Shown: one piece after another, positions 31,137 through 41,625 of the stretch
Layout: each line of letters opens with the position of its first letter
Numbering within the stretch: the first letter of the stretch is position 1
Assembly: GCA_027339965.1 (NCBI GenBank)
Contig: DAHWNL010000047.1
Coordinates: forward strand, 1-64,000
Length of the DNA: 64,000 nucleotides
Reading direction: 5' to 3'
DNA from: Granulicella sp.
GTDB lineage: Bacteria; Acidobacteriota; Terriglobia; Terriglobales; Acidobacteriaceae
Position numbers and translations under genes: made by a program
The notes under the pieces: generated by a model
What the model saw: the letters and a program-made list of their open reading frames with translations, nothing else
What the model was told of the DNA's origin: nothing
Databases searched by the model: none

Positions 31137-34100
31137 CTATTGTTCCGGGGCGATTGCCTGATCGAGCTGCAGCTTGTGCTGCTCCTTCAGGTCAGCGGAG
31201 CGCAAAACCTCCAGGAAGCGATGCACCTGATATCCCGCGACTTTGGCGGCATATGCGAGGTTGGCGGCGATCTCGGTGATATGCTGGGCGTCTTTGACGT
31301 GTACCTGGGGCGCTCTGCCCATCTCGATGAGCGCCGGCAGGAGCAACCAGCATACGAAGCACTCAAAGCTCTCCTGGATAAAGTACTCGGGCTCAGTTGC
31401 GTCGCCATGGACTCCTGTTAGCCAGCGCGCATCGGCGTCGCTCCAGAACTCCTCCGAGCGTACCGCCGCCGAGCAAGAGCCGAATTGACTCATCAGCAGG
31501 AGCACGCGCACCAAAGCTGCTGCCCGCCAGGCCTGCTCGCCCTGCACTCCGATGGCAGAGAAGACCTCGGCGAAGACATGGCGCAGCCGAAGCGTGTCAT
31601 AGAGCGTCAATGCGGCGGCTGGAGAGGCCGAAAAACGCAGGACCAGCCAGGCCATGACCGGGCCCCAGGTCTTTGCCGATGGCGTGTGGATATCACTGCT
31701 GGGCAGTATGTTACGCGCTGCCGATTGAATCGTCTCGGGGTGCTTCAAAACCATCCAGGGCAGCCGAATGGCGGCGGCGGCTATCGCATTGGCGCCGCCT
31801 GCCGCGGAAGAATCGTCTGCAGTTACCCGGTCAATGGAGCACCAAGGCTGAAGCGTGGAAGGATCCGGCAGTCTCACCCCATCCAGCCGCGCCAGATTCT
31901 CCGCCTTCTCCAGGAACCGTTGCGCGCCCCGAATGAACTCGATGACACCCCCTTCCAGAGGCGGAAGAGCGGGGCCAACCTCCGGGCGTGCTGCCTTGAG
32001 GCTCTTTCCTCCGCTCTTCGTCCTTGCTCGCTTCGGCTCGGTGGGTGGAGAGATGCTCTGGGACTCAAGTTCGAGTTCCCGCGTCAGAGCCGTATAGGCG
32101 GCAATGACGAATCCTCGAATCGTCTCTTCATGGATGGTCCTGTGCAACGCATCCACCAGAGGTTGAAGCCGCAGTTGCGAAAGGGCCTCATCCAGGCTGT
32201 AAACGCCCGTTCCATGCAGGGCATCGCAGAGCCGATCCCAGGGATAAGCCTCTGAAGGCTGGAGATGTCGCCAATCCAGGAACACAGCATGTTGATAGCC
32301 GCGCAGATCCAGGGTCAGGCCGTGATCGCGAAAGTCGACGGCGCGGCGCAAAAACTCCAACCCCAGCGCGGAGTCCCGATAGGCGAGAATTGCGTTTTCC
32401 TCCCAGGGAAGGCGCAGGCCCTCAAAAAGACTCTTCTGGCGCAGAGTTCCACACTGCTTGTCCAGAAAGCCCACGGACATCTTGATGGTTCCCTGAGTCG
32501 ATCCGTAACGATTGTTGTACAAAATCAACGCTCGTTGATCATCGCACAGGTTGGAGTAAGCAAAGACGTTCTCGTCCACGGTGCCGTAGCCGGTCCAGAA
32601 GTCGTACAGGACGAAGTCCGCGCTTTCGGCAAACAGCCTGCGGTTTCTCAACAGTGGAGCGATCAGTTGCTGATGGCGCGCGATCAGTCCTTCATTCTGT
32701 TGTTCATCCAGGCGAGCTTGTTTGAAGTCCATGCCATAGCGCTCGGTGTAGCCCTCGATCTGCCCATGTCCAAACATCGGGAGCCCGGGAAGCGTGGCCA
32801 GGAGCACGCATACGCCAAAGTACTTGTCGCCCCACCCGAACTGATCGATCGCGGTGCGCTCGTCGGGATTGCTCATGAAGTTCACGTAGCGCTTCAGGAT
32901 ATCGGGGTCAAATTCGACGGTCTTTTTCAGATAAGATCTGTACTTTGCATTCTCTTCATCGCGAAGCATGTTCATGAAGGCGCTGTTATAGACGCGATGC
33001 ATTCCCAGGGTGCGGACGAAGTAACCCTCCAGCAGCCAGAAGGCTTCAGCCAGCAAAAGGGTTCCGGGAACCTCTGCCGCTACGCGATCGACCACCTCGC
33101 GCCAGAACTCATGCGGCATCAGCTCATCAAAGGTTTCCTGCGAAATGGCAGATTCGGCACGCGAGGGAATGGAGCCTCCGGCGCCGGGCAGGGGAAACCA
33201 GAGCCGCTGCACGTGACGCTTGGCCAGCACCATGGCGGCGTCGAAACGAATGATGGGAAATCTCCTCGCAACGTTCAGAATCACCTGGATGACGTGTTCG
33301 CGCACCTCGGCCCGGGAGTAGTCCAGTTGAGCGGTATCGTTCCAGGCGAACATGGTTCCATCATTGCCGTGGTAGATATAGCGGGTTGTTCCCTGACGAT
33401 AATGGTGCAGACGGAAGACGACCGCGGCGTCAGTCTGGTCGTAGTAGTGATCCTCGATCTTGATCTCGACGCGGCTGTCTGTGGAGAGATCGGGCCCATG
33501 GAAGTGGTAGGCGGGATAGGGGCTCTCCCAGCGCGACAGGAACCACTCGGGATGCTCGATGACCCAGGTAGAGTCAATGCCCATGTGATTGGGGACCATA
33601 TCGCTGGCCAGACGCAACCCCGCCATGCCTGCGCGATAGCGCAGGTTTTCGAGGGCCTCCTCGCCTCCCAGATCATGGGCGATGGAATAGTCCCGTAACG
33701 AGTACGCCGAGGCCACGGCATCGTGATTGCCTCGCAGGCGCTTGATCGTCTTAGACGCCCGGCTTCTTTCCCAGAGCCCAATCAACCACAGCCCGGTGAT
33801 GCCGCGCTCGGAGAGCAGCCGCAATTCCTCATCCGGAATCTGGTCCAGCCTGTGGATGTGGCGCTGGTACTTCTTGGAGAGCTGTTCCAGCCAGACGTAG
33901 GTGCTTTTAGCGATCAGCACGACGTTGGGCATCCAGGCCTGATCGGCGCTGAAGGCCTCATACTCGAATAGCGGAGCTGGCTGCCGAAGCCGCAGCGCGC
34001 TGTCCCAGCCCACATATTCGTCGCCGACGAATCCCTCATTGCCGCGGCCAGGAGGCGCATGGCGGTGCCAATCCGGGCCCAGGGGATGGAACTGCATCCA

Positions 34101-34883
34101 TATTGCCAGTTCCTCCTCACGCAGCACGTCGACAGCCAGGAGCACCCGCTTCAGGTCATCGCCCAGAATCTCGGCCCAGGCCCGGATGATGTAGTCCAGT
34201 TGCCCGGTTAATGAATCCGGAGAGGCCAGCATGGGAGCCCGGAGCGCATCGATAAGACTGCCGAGGCTGGGGGAGAGCTTGGGGCGAGAGCTGAAGAACT
34301 TGGGAATTTCCTGAGTTACTTGTCCATAGGAGGTCTTTTGCTGCAGGAGTTTGTCGCTGAAAAGACGCCGGAACGGCTTGAACGCCGGATTGTTGTTGGC
34401 GATCCACAACAGCAGTAGCTCTTCGAGCGCGATCTCCGAATTGGGCCGGCCTTCCGAGTTGCCGTTGAGCCACTGCCGCTCGGTGCGTTGGCCGCGGTAG
34501 ACATCCACGGTAGGGAACTGGCTTACGAACTGGAGCAACAGCCGATGGCTCGCTTTGGGCGTGATTTGCGCAGCGAGCCAGCGCAGCGCCTCAGCCATGA
34601 CCGCTGGATCCTGCTGTTGGCGATACCGCGCGACCAAGGCATGGCTCAGTTCGTCGATGATACCCATGGCAAAGAGCGCGCCGGCATGGAGGATTGGGGG
34701 CGAATTTGGAGGTTCGCCAGCCGCAGGGGTATCCGCCGGTTCCGGGTCACGCAGAGAGTTCAAACCTTCCGCGAGCTTGCGTGCAGCTGCGACGTTGGCA
34801 AAGACAATGTTGCCGGTAAAGCTGAACAGAACTTCCTCGATGTTCAGCCGTTCACGGATCGATCTTGAGATATGAAATTCCAT
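31137..34883 (-). CDS. Large alpha-amylase family (GH13) protein, 1248 aa
   Basis: DMVPNH, RFDAAM (nucleophile), LAEAFW (acid/base) and SNPDE. Confidence 0.88.
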   Translation of the reverse strand: MEFHISRSIRERLNIEEVLFSFTGNIVFANVAAARKLAEGLNSLRDPEPADTPAAGEPPNSPPILHAGALFAMGIIDELSHALVARYRQQQDPAVMAEALRWLAAQITPKASHRLLLQFVSQFPTVDVYRGQRTERQWLNGNSEGRPNSEIALEELLLLWIANNNPAFKPFRRLFSDKLLQQKTSYGQVTQEIPKFFSSRPKLSPSLGSLIDALRAPMLASPDSLTGQLDYIIRAWAEILGDDLKRVLLAVDVLREEELAIWMQFHPLGPDWHRHAPPGRGNEGFVGDEYVGWDSALRLRQPAPLFEYEAFSADQAWMPNVVLIAKSTYVWLEQLSKKYQRHIHRLDQIPDEELRLLSERGITGLWLIGLWERSRASKTIKRLRGNHDAVASAYSLRDYSIAHDLGGEEALENLRYRAGMAGLRLASDMVPNHMGIDSTWVIEHPEWFLSRWESPYPAYHFHGPDLSTDSRVEIKIEDHYYDQTDAAVVFRLHHYRQGTTRYIYHGNDGTMFAWNDTAQLDYSRAEVREHVIQVILNVARRFPIIRFDAAMVLAKRHVQRLWFPLPGAGGSIPSRAESAISQETFDELMPHEFWREVVDRVAAEVPGTLLLAEAFWLLEGYFVRTLGMHRVYNSAFMNMLRDEENAKYRSYLKKTVEFDPDILKRYVNFMSNPDERTAIDQFGWGDKYFGVCVLLATLPGLPMFGHGQIEGYTERYGMDFKQARLDEQQNEGLIARHQQLIAPLLRNRRLFAESADFVLYDFWTGYGTVDENVFAYSNLCDDQRALILYNNRYGSTQGTIKMSVGFLDKQCGTLRQKSLFEGLRLPWEENAILAYRDSALGLEFLRRAVDFRDHGLTLDLRGYQHAVFLDWRHLQPSEAYPWDRLCDALHGTGVYSLDEALSQLRLQPLVDALHRTIHEETIRGFVIAAYTALTRELELESQSISPPTEPKRARTKSGGKSLKAARPEVGPALPPLEGGVIEFIRGAQRFLEKAENLARLDGVRLPDPSTLQPWCSIDRVTADDSSAAGGANAIAAAAIRLPWMVLKHPETIQSAARNILPSSDIHTPSAKTWGPVMAWLVLRFSASPAAALTLYDTLRLRHVFAEVFSAIGVQGEQAWRAAALVRVLLLMSQFGSCSAAVRSEEFWSDADARWLTGVHGDATEPEYFIQESFECFVCWLLLPALIEMGRAPQVHVKDAQHITEIAANLAYAAKVAGYQVHRFLEVLRSADLKEQHKLQLDQAIAPEQ

Positions 34884-35052
34884 CCAGCAATAAACTCTCC
34901 TGCAGTATCTTGCCCGCTGTCGCGCTTCATTTGTTTCTTCACCGATGTTACTCTGCGCGGCCGGCTACCAGGGTTGTATCCTGCCTTTGTACAATCTATA
35001 ACGCCGGGGGAGGCAGCCCGAGACTGCTGCAACAGCTCTTCACGGAGGGAAC

Positions 35053-37911
35053 GTGGCTTATACGATCGATTCGCGTCCGCAAGGCTTTGACTGGCGGCCG
35101 CGGCACAACTGGCGGCGTCCGCTGCTAATCTTTGCCGGCGTTTTCCTTGTGGGGCTCATCTTCAGCTCCAGTTCGCTCCTCTCTTCCTGGGTCGATCTTC
35201 TCTGGTTCGATTCCCTCGGCTATGGGGAAGTTTATTGGAGGATGATTGGTCTCCAGGCGGGGATCTTTGCCGGAGTCGCTCTGATTACCTTTGCGATTCT
35301 CTTTCTGGCTTTCGCCGCGCTCCTCCGGATGCACCGCACGGGCCTGCCAAGGTCGCAGGCCATCCAGCTCTCGGGCCAGACGTTTCATCTCTCGGTCGAG
35401 CCGGTTCTTCGCATTCTTTCCCTGGTGACGTCGATTCTGGTGGCTCTCTTCTCCGGCGTCACCCTGATGGCGGACTGGCCGGCCCTGGCGCTCTTCCGGT
35501 ATGCCCAACGGACAGCCGAGGGCCTTACTGACCCCATCTTTGGCAAGCCGTTGAGCTTTTATCTTTTTACTCTTCCGGCCTGGAACCTGCTCAATGACTG
35601 GCTACTCACCCTGGCGCTAGCCATCTGCGCGGCCGCTGCCGTCTATTTTGTAATCACCGGCAGCACGCTTGCGCTGCGCGCGGAGGAGGGTGGCGGGAGC
35701 AGGATCGACAACCGCGGGAGCTCCTGGCGCGGCCTCTCGCTGAGCATCTCGTTTCTGCTTCTGGTGGTGGCCATGATGGTCTTTGTGAGCCGTTACCAGC
35801 TTTTGCTGGAGCACCATACCATCTTCGATGGCATCAGCTATACGGATGCGCACGTTTCCGTGCCCGGCCTGCTTGTGGTCTGTGTGGCGCTGGTGGTGGG
35901 AGCGGTCCTGGCGGCAGCCAACGCCGTTCGCCGCCCCCGCGCCCGTAACCTCGGGCTGGCGATAGCCCCTGCGGGCGTCAGCTACATGGTTCTGGGGCTG
36001 ATCGGCTGGTACGTGTCGAGCTTTGTGGTCAAGCCCAATGAGCTCGATCGCGAGACTCCCTATATCTCCCAGAATATCCAGACCACTCGCCGGGCCTTCG
36101 GGCTGGATCGCTTTTTTCAGCAGGAGTTTCCGGCTGAGACCACCATTGAGGCGGCCGACCCAGACCACAACCAGCAGACGCTTGAGAACATTCGACTGTG
36201 GGACTGGCATGCCCTGCAGGATACCCTGCGCCAGGTTCAGGAGATCCGCACCTACTACGACTTTCCCGATATTGATATCGATCGCTACAACCTGAACGGA
36301 ACCACCCGAGAGGTGATGCTGGCCGCCCGGGAGCTGAATGTGGACAGGCTCCCGGTCAGTAGCCACAACTGGATCAATGAGCGCCTGACCTATACGCATG
36401 GCTACGGCGTCACGATGAATACGGTGAATGGATTTACGCCGGAGGGTCTCCCCGAGTTTCTGCTGAGTAACATGCCGGTGCAGAGCACGGTCCCCGGGCT
36501 AAGCGTCAGCCGCCCCGAGATTTACTTCGGCGAACTGACCAAGACGGACGTCTATGTCAAAACCCGCCAGCAGGAGTTTGACTATCCCCAGGGCCAACGG
36601 AACAACTTTACTTCCTATCGGGGCAATGGCGGCATTGTCCTGGGCGGCTTTTTGCGCCGGCTTCTCATTTCGGTCTACGAAGGCGATTTGGGCAAGCTAC
36701 CCTTCAGTGACGACATCAAGACGGATAGCCGGCTTTTGATGCGCCGCAGCATCGCGGACCGGGTTGCGGCCCTGGCTCCCTTCCTCACCTTTGACGGAGA
36801 TCCCTACCTGGTGGTGGGTGACCAGGGAAGATTGTTCTGGATCATTGACGCTTACACTACCTCCGATTCCTATCCGGAGTCGACTCACTATGCGCTGGAT
36901 GGCGACTCGGTGAATTACATCCGGAACAGCGTCAAGGCAGTGATCGATGCCTATAACGGCACGACAACATTCTATGTGTTTGATTCCTCCGACCCGATTC
37001 TGGGTGCTTACCGCCGCGTCTTCCCCAGGCTCTTTCGGGAGGCTGCGTCGATGCCAGCGGATCTCAGCCGCCACGTCCGCTACCCCGAGGAGATATTCAA
37101 CTTACAGTCAGAGGTCTATGGCCTTTATCACATGACCGACCCGGAGGTCTTCTTCAATCGGGAGGACTTGTGGACGGTGGCCACGGAGAACAGCCTGGAC
37201 GCGGACGGAAACCAGGCGGTTCTGCCGGTACAGCCAAACTTTGTTCTGATGAAACTCCCAGGCGAAACCTCGGCCGAGTTTGTGGAGATACTACCCTTCA
37301 CGCCGGCCAACAGAAATAATTTGATCGGCTGGATCGCCGGCCGGTGCGATGGAGCGCACTACGGCACAGGGGTGGTCTATGACTTTCCCAAGACCCGGCT
37401 GGTGGATGGGCCGCAGCAGATCGAGGCCCGCATTGACCAGAATGCGCAGCTTTCTGGCCAACTCACCCTGTGGAACCAGCAGGGTTCGCATGTTTTGCGC
37501 GGCAGCCTGCTGGTGATCCCCTCCGGCAAGGCGCTGCTCTACGCCGAACCCATTTATCTGCAGGCGCAAGAGAGCCCCATGCCGGAGCTGCGCCTGGTGG
37601 TGCTGGCGCTGCAGGATCGACTGGCCTACGGACCCAGCTTTTCTTCGGCTTTAGCGGCGCTCTTTGCGGGACAGCCGTCTTCGTTGAGCGGGGCCGAGAC
37701 AGAGCCGGCTGCCACGACCTCTTCGAAGTTGCCCGGGAGCACCTCGTCCGCGTTGCCGCCTGAGGAGACGACTAACGACCTTATTCGTGAGGCCGGCCAG
37801 GACTTCTCCGAGTACCAGCGATTGACCGCAGCCGGAAAGCTGGCCGCGGCCGGAGAAAAACTCGATGCCCTCAAACAGGTTCTGGAGCAGCTCAACGCTC
37901 GCGCCAAATGA
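35053..37911 (+). CDS. UPF0182 family membrane protein
   Basis: DLLWFDSLGY, DPIFG, NIRLWD, YTHGYG, NYIRNSVK, LLYAEPIY. Confidence 0.92.
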   Translation: MAYTIDSRPQGFDWRPRHNWRRPLLIFAGVFLVGLIFSSSSLLSSWVDLLWFDSLGYGEVYWRMIGLQAGIFAGVALITFAILFLAFAALLRMHRTGLPRSQAIQLSGQTFHLSVEPVLRILSLVTSILVALFSGVTLMADWPALALFRYAQRTAEGLTDPIFGKPLSFYLFTLPAWNLLNDWLLTLALAICAAAAVYFVITGSTLALRAEEGGGSRIDNRGSSWRGLSLSISFLLLVVAMMVFVSRYQLLLEHHTIFDGISYTDAHVSVPGLLVVCVALVVGAVLAAANAVRRPRARNLGLAIAPAGVSYMVLGLIGWYVSSFVVKPNELDRETPYISQNIQTTRRAFGLDRFFQQEFPAETTIEAADPDHNQQTLENIRLWDWHALQDTLRQVQEIRTYYDFPDIDIDRYNLNGTTREVMLAARELNVDRLPVSSHNWINERLTYTHGYGVTMNTVNGFTPEGLPEFLLSNMPVQSTVPGLSVSRPEIYFGELTKTDVYVKTRQQEFDYPQGQRNNFTSYRGNGGIVLGGFLRRLLISVYEGDLGKLPFSDDIKTDSRLLMRRSIADRVAALAPFLTFDGDPYLVVGDQGRLFWIIDAYTTSDSYPESTHYALDGDSVNYIRNSVKAVIDAYNGTTTFYVFDSSDPILGAYRRVFPRLFREAASMPADLSRHVRYPEEIFNLQSEVYGLYHMTDPEVFFNREDLWTVATENSLDADGNQAVLPVQPNFVLMKLPGETSAEFVEILPFTPANRNNLIGWIAGRCDGAHYGTGVVYDFPKTRLVDGPQQIEARIDQNAQLSGQLTLWNQQGSHVLRGSLLVIPSGKALLYAEPIYLQAQESPMPELRLVVLALQDRLAYGPSFSSALAALFAGQPSSLSGAETEPAATTSSKLPGSTSSALPPEETTNDLIREAGQDFSEYQRLTAAGKLAAAGEKLDALKQVLEQLNARAK

Positions 37912-38145
37912 TATGGCGATGAGGTGTTTCCACGACGGCGGAGATTTTGTCCAGCTTGCATGGGCCATGAGGCGGCCGTAGCCGGTTGCTGAAGGACTTC
38001 CCCGGCTCGGTTGTTCAGCAGTTGGGATGCCAGGCTCATGCTGACGATAGGGCAAAGAACGGAAGATTGAGGATTCGATTTAGGCCCAAACCAAACCCCG
38101 GCTTGAAACGAGTTTCAAATAATATTGATGAGATAGAGTTCTCCC

Positions 38146-39420
38146 ATGAGCCAAGGCTTGTCTGATTCAAGTTGTATCTCTACCCAGAGCTCCGCTGGGA
38201 ACGCCGATGAGACCGAAAAAGCTGATCCAAAGGGTGAAGCGAAGGCGATTCCAGAGCCGGAGTCTGGAGCTGGGGCTTTGAGTCTGGCTGAGCGAAGGTT
38301 TCAGGATCTCTTTGAAAGCGCTCCCGACGGGATTCTGCAGATCGACCCTGCCGGCAGGATCCTAGTGGCCAATCGCAGCGCTGAACAGATGTTCGGTTAC
38401 ACCCGCGAAGAGCTGTTTGGATCGAATGTGGATCTTCTGGTCCCGGAGGCAAACCGCCGCGGACATGCCAAGCACCGCCGTGAGTTTGCCGCTGCCGGAC
38501 GGACCCGGCCCATGGGGCTGGGGTTGGATCTCTCCGCCCGGCGCAAGGATGGAAGTACATTTCCCGTAGAGATTAGCCTGAGCCCGATCCAGACCGAGGA
38601 GGGTGTGCATGTAACGGCTGTGATTCGGGATGTCACAGAAAGGAAGCTCGTGGAGGAGCGTGTGCGGAGCCTTCAGGAGAGCTACATGACGGAACTGGAG
38701 GCTCGACAGAAGGAAGCCGAGCGCCTGAATCTTCTCAAAAGCGAGTTCATGGCCAGCATCAGCCATGAGCTTCGCACCCCACTGCACACGATCATCGGAT
38801 TCACCGAACTGCTGGAAGAAGAGGGCGAAGGTCCTTTGAATGAAGGGCAACGTCGATTCCTGCGCCATATTCACGCTGATTCGGAGCACCTGCTCGGCCT
38901 GATCAACGACGTGCTTGACCTGAGCCGCATCGAGGCCGGGGGACTGCAGCTCCGCACTGAGCCGCTGATCCTGCAGGCCATCGCAATCGAAGCGGCGGAT
39001 TCCATTCGGCCTTATGCCCAGTCCAGAGGCATAAAAATCCATCTGGGAGAAGATCTCAACGTGCAGGTCTTTGCCGATCTGATGCGCGTCCGGCAGATTC
39101 TGTATAACCTGCTGAGCAACGGAGCCAAGTTTACCGGCCCCGGAGGGAGCGTCTCCGTTGATGCCGCTATTGAGGGAGATTGGGTCAGGGTGACCGTTGC
39201 CGACAACGGCATCGGCATTGCTGCGGAGGAGTGTACCAGGATCTTCGATAAGTTCTATCAGGTAGGACTGCCACCGGTGGGGGTGCGCGAAGGCACCGGA
39301 TTGGGGCTGGCGATCTGCAAGCAACTGGTGGAGATGCAGCGGGGACGCATCTGGGTAGAGAGCGAGTTGGGCCGTGGAGCCCGCTTTCATTTCACGCTGC
39401 CTTATCAACAGTTGGGATGA
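38146..39420 (+). CDS. PAS-domain sensor histidine kinase
   Basis: PAS/PAC (RRKDGSTFPVEISL), SHELRTPL, NLLSNGAKF, DNGIGI, GTGLGL. Confidence 0.95.
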   Translation: MSQGLSDSSCISTQSSAGNADETEKADPKGEAKAIPEPESGAGALSLAERRFQDLFESAPDGILQIDPAGRILVANRSAEQMFGYTREELFGSNVDLLVPEANRRGHAKHRREFAAAGRTRPMGLGLDLSARRKDGSTFPVEISLSPIQTEEGVHVTAVIRDVTERKLVEERVRSLQESYMTELEARQKEAERLNLLKSEFMASISHELRTPLHTIIGFTELLEEEGEGPLNEGQRRFLRHIHADSEHLLGLINDVLDLSRIEAGGLQLRTEPLILQAIAIEAADSIRPYAQSRGIKIHLGEDLNVQVFADLMRVRQILYNLLSNGAKFTGPGGSVSVDAAIEGDWVRVTVADNGIGIAAEECTRIFDKFYQVGLPPVGVREGTGLGLAICKQLVEMQRGRIWVESELGRGARFHFTLPYQQLG

Positions 39421-39422
39421 GG

Positions 39423-39438
39423 TGTGATTGAGATCACA
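39423..39438. promoter_or_regulatory. CRP/FNR-family binding box
   Basis: TGTGA-TTGAGA-TCACA, an exact CRP consensus. Confidence 0.7.
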
Positions 39439-39471
39439 ATTTCGTCGGCATCCGCTCCCTAATCTCTTTTT

Positions 39472-39888
39472 GTGCCGACGAGACTGCCAGATCATGCTCA
39501 GTGTGAGCCATCCACTGCCGCGCCGAGGATTCTTGTGGCCGATGCAGCCCTGAGCAGCCGGGATCTGCTGCGCGCGATTCTGGAGCGTTCCGGCTATGAG
39601 GTGATTGAGGCTGCCGAAGGCGAGCATGTCGTGGCATGCGCCAGGGAGTTCAGGCCGGATCTGGTGATTCTGGATCTGAAGATGCCCAGGCTGGATGGCT
39701 TTTCCATTGCGCGAACGCTGCGCGAATGCCCCGGGTTTGAAGAGATCCCGGTGGTTGCGCTTGCGGCTTCATTGCCCGAGGTGATGCCGGAGCAGATGAA
39801 CGAGGCGGGGTTTACTGAGTTTCTGGTGAAGCCGATTCATCCTGGACGTCTGCGCGAGTGCGTGGCATATCTGCTGGCGAAGAGATAG
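39472..39888 (+). CDS. Single-domain response regulator
   Basis: RILVADAA, LVILDLKMP.LDG and FLVKP. Confidence 0.88.
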   Translation: MPTRLPDHAQCEPSTAAPRILVADAALSSRDLLRAILERSGYEVIEAAEGEHVVACAREFRPDLVILDLKMPRLDGFSIARTLRECPGFEEIPVVALAASLPEVMPEQMNEAGFTEFLVKPIHPGRLRECVAYLLAKR

Positions 39889-39970
39889 AGGGTGCAGCGA
39901 GGGTAAAGCCGATCTCTTCGGGTCGTCATGGGGTCCGGAGCGGTCCCCCGCTGCAGAGGTGACTAGGACT

Positions 39971-41347
39971 TCAGGGGTTTAGCTCGTAACGCTTGATCTT
40001 GTAGCGTAGAGCATCGCGGCCGATTCCCAAACGCCGGGCAGCCTCCGACTGGTTTCCACCGGCGGCGTGAAGCGCCTCCACGACCAACTGCCGTTCCTGC
40101 TCCTGGAGTCTGGACGGAGCGGCATCTCCGTTGTCGGCGGGTTGGGCTGAAGTTCGGACCATGTTTTCGGGCAGATCCTTCACGTCGATCATGGGGCCTT
40201 CGGCCAGCATGCAGGCGCGTCCAACGATGTGCTCCAACTCGCGTACGTTGCCGGGCCATGAATAACGTTCCAGGACCAGCAACGCCCGTTGGGTAAGACC
40301 TTCGATGGGCCGGGAGAACTCGACGCTGAACTTGCGAACGAAGTGTTTGGCCAGAAGTTCGATATCGCCGGGACGATCCTTGAGAGCGGGAACGGTGAGT
40401 TCGACCATTGACAGGCGATAGTACAGGTCTTCACGAAACTTTCCATCCGCGATGGCGGCCCGCAGATCGCGATGGGTGGCCGCGACGATTCGCACATTCA
40501 CCTTCCGGGAAGTGAGAGAGCCAACAGGAAGGACCTCCTGGTTTTGGATTGCGCGCAGGAGTTTGGCCTGGGTTGGCAGGGGCATATCCCCGATCTCATC
40601 CAGGAATAGCGTGCCCCCGCTGGCCAGTTCAAACAGCCCGGTCTTGTCCCGGTCCGCTCCGGTAAATGCTCCTCGGACGTGTCCAAACAACTCGCTCTCA
40701 AACAGCGTCTCCACAACGGCGGAGCAGTTCAGCACCACAAACTTGCCGGGGACGCGGCTGCGGTTGTGGAGCGCTGTGGCCACCAGATCCTTTCCCGAGC
40801 CGGTGGAACCATGAACCAGCACCGAACGATAGTGTGGAGCTATGCGCTGAATCATCGCGAACAGATCCCACATTACATCGCTCTTCGCCTGCAGACCTTC
40901 GAACTCCAGGTCCTGGACGCTTGACGGGGATCCTGCCTGAACTCTTCTACGGCGGTTGGCGGACTCCATGAGCGCCTGGACGCGAGCCCGCAGAACGGCG
41001 ATCTTGACGGGCTTCTGCAGATAGTCCGCAGCTCCCTGGCGGATGGCGGCGACGGCCGTCTCTGTCGTGTAATAGGCCGTCATCAGAATGACATCGATGG
41101 AGGAGTCGAAGTTGACCACCTGCTGGAGCACCTCCAGTCCACTCATCTCCGGCATCACCAGATCGGTGATGACCAGGCGGGGATGGTGCTTTTTGACCAG
41201 AGCCAGGCCGTCTACAGGTCTGGATGCGGTATAGACCCTTGCTTCCGTGTGCGCCAAGGCGGCGGAGAGCATCTCCAGACTTCCCGGATTATCGTCAATG
41301 ATGACGACGGACAGCGCTGCCGGTATCGATCGGGTGATGGCCATCAC
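39971..41347 (-). CDS. Sigma-54-dependent response regulator (NtrC family)
   Basis: Receiver domain, GSTGSGKD, ESELFGHVRGAFTGA, WPGNVREL, Fis-type HTH. Confidence 0.95.
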   Translation of the reverse strand: MMAITRSIPAALSVVIIDDNPGSLEMLSAALAHTEARVYTASRPVDGLALVKKHHPRLVITDLVMPEMSGLEVLQQVVNFDSSIDVILMTAYYTTETAVAAIRQGAADYLQKPVKIAVLRARVQALMESANRRRRVQAGSPSSVQDLEFEGLQAKSDVMWDLFAMIQRIAPHYRSVLVHGSTGSGKDLVATALHNRSRVPGKFVVLNCSAVVETLFESELFGHVRGAFTGADRDKTGLFELASGGTLFLDEIGDMPLPTQAKLLRAIQNQEVLPVGSLTSRKVNVRIVAATHRDLRAAIADGKFREDLYYRLSMVELTVPALKDRPGDIELLAKHFVRKFSVEFSRPIEGLTQRALLVLERYSWPGNVRELEHIVGRACMLAEGPMIDVKDLPENMVRTSAQPADNGDAAPSRLQEQERQLVVEALHAAGGNQSEAARRLGIGRDALRYKIKRYELNP

Positions 41348-41348
41348 A
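41333..41348. promoter_or_regulatory. CRP-type box over the NtrC-gene start
   Basis: Minus strand TGTGA-TGGCCA-TCACC. Confidence 0.55.
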
Positions 41349-41520
41349 TAAATCGTATAAGGCTCTGAACGGGTTGGCTACCGTGAGCCTTGCAGACCGG
41401 GGAGGGGGCGGCCGGAAGGCAATCCATGCCGGTGGGTGGAACGGCATCTGGGTGAAATGGCGCAGTGGCTGGGTGTCCACGCGCAGCATGCGGAGCGGCG
41501 AGTCGGATCGCACGGAAGTA

Positions 41521-41536
41521 TGTAATTGAAATCACA
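41521..41536. promoter_or_regulatory. CRP-type box upstream of the Crp/Fnr gene
   Basis: TGTAA-TTGAAA-TCACA, 14/16 identical to the 39423 box. Confidence 0.65.
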
Positions 41537-41547
41537 AGGGAAGAGCT

Positions 41548-41564
41548 TTGGCAAGATGATTGCT
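41548..41564 (+). promoter_or_regulatory. Sigma-54 -24/-12 promoter
   Basis: TTGGCAAGATGATTGCT versus consensus YTGGCACGRNNNTTGCW, with correct spacing. Confidence 0.8.
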
Positions 41565-41625
41565 ATTCAAAAGGCAAGCGCAGCATTCAGCAGAACGCAA
41601 GCTGAACTGCCCAACGGAGGGTTTC

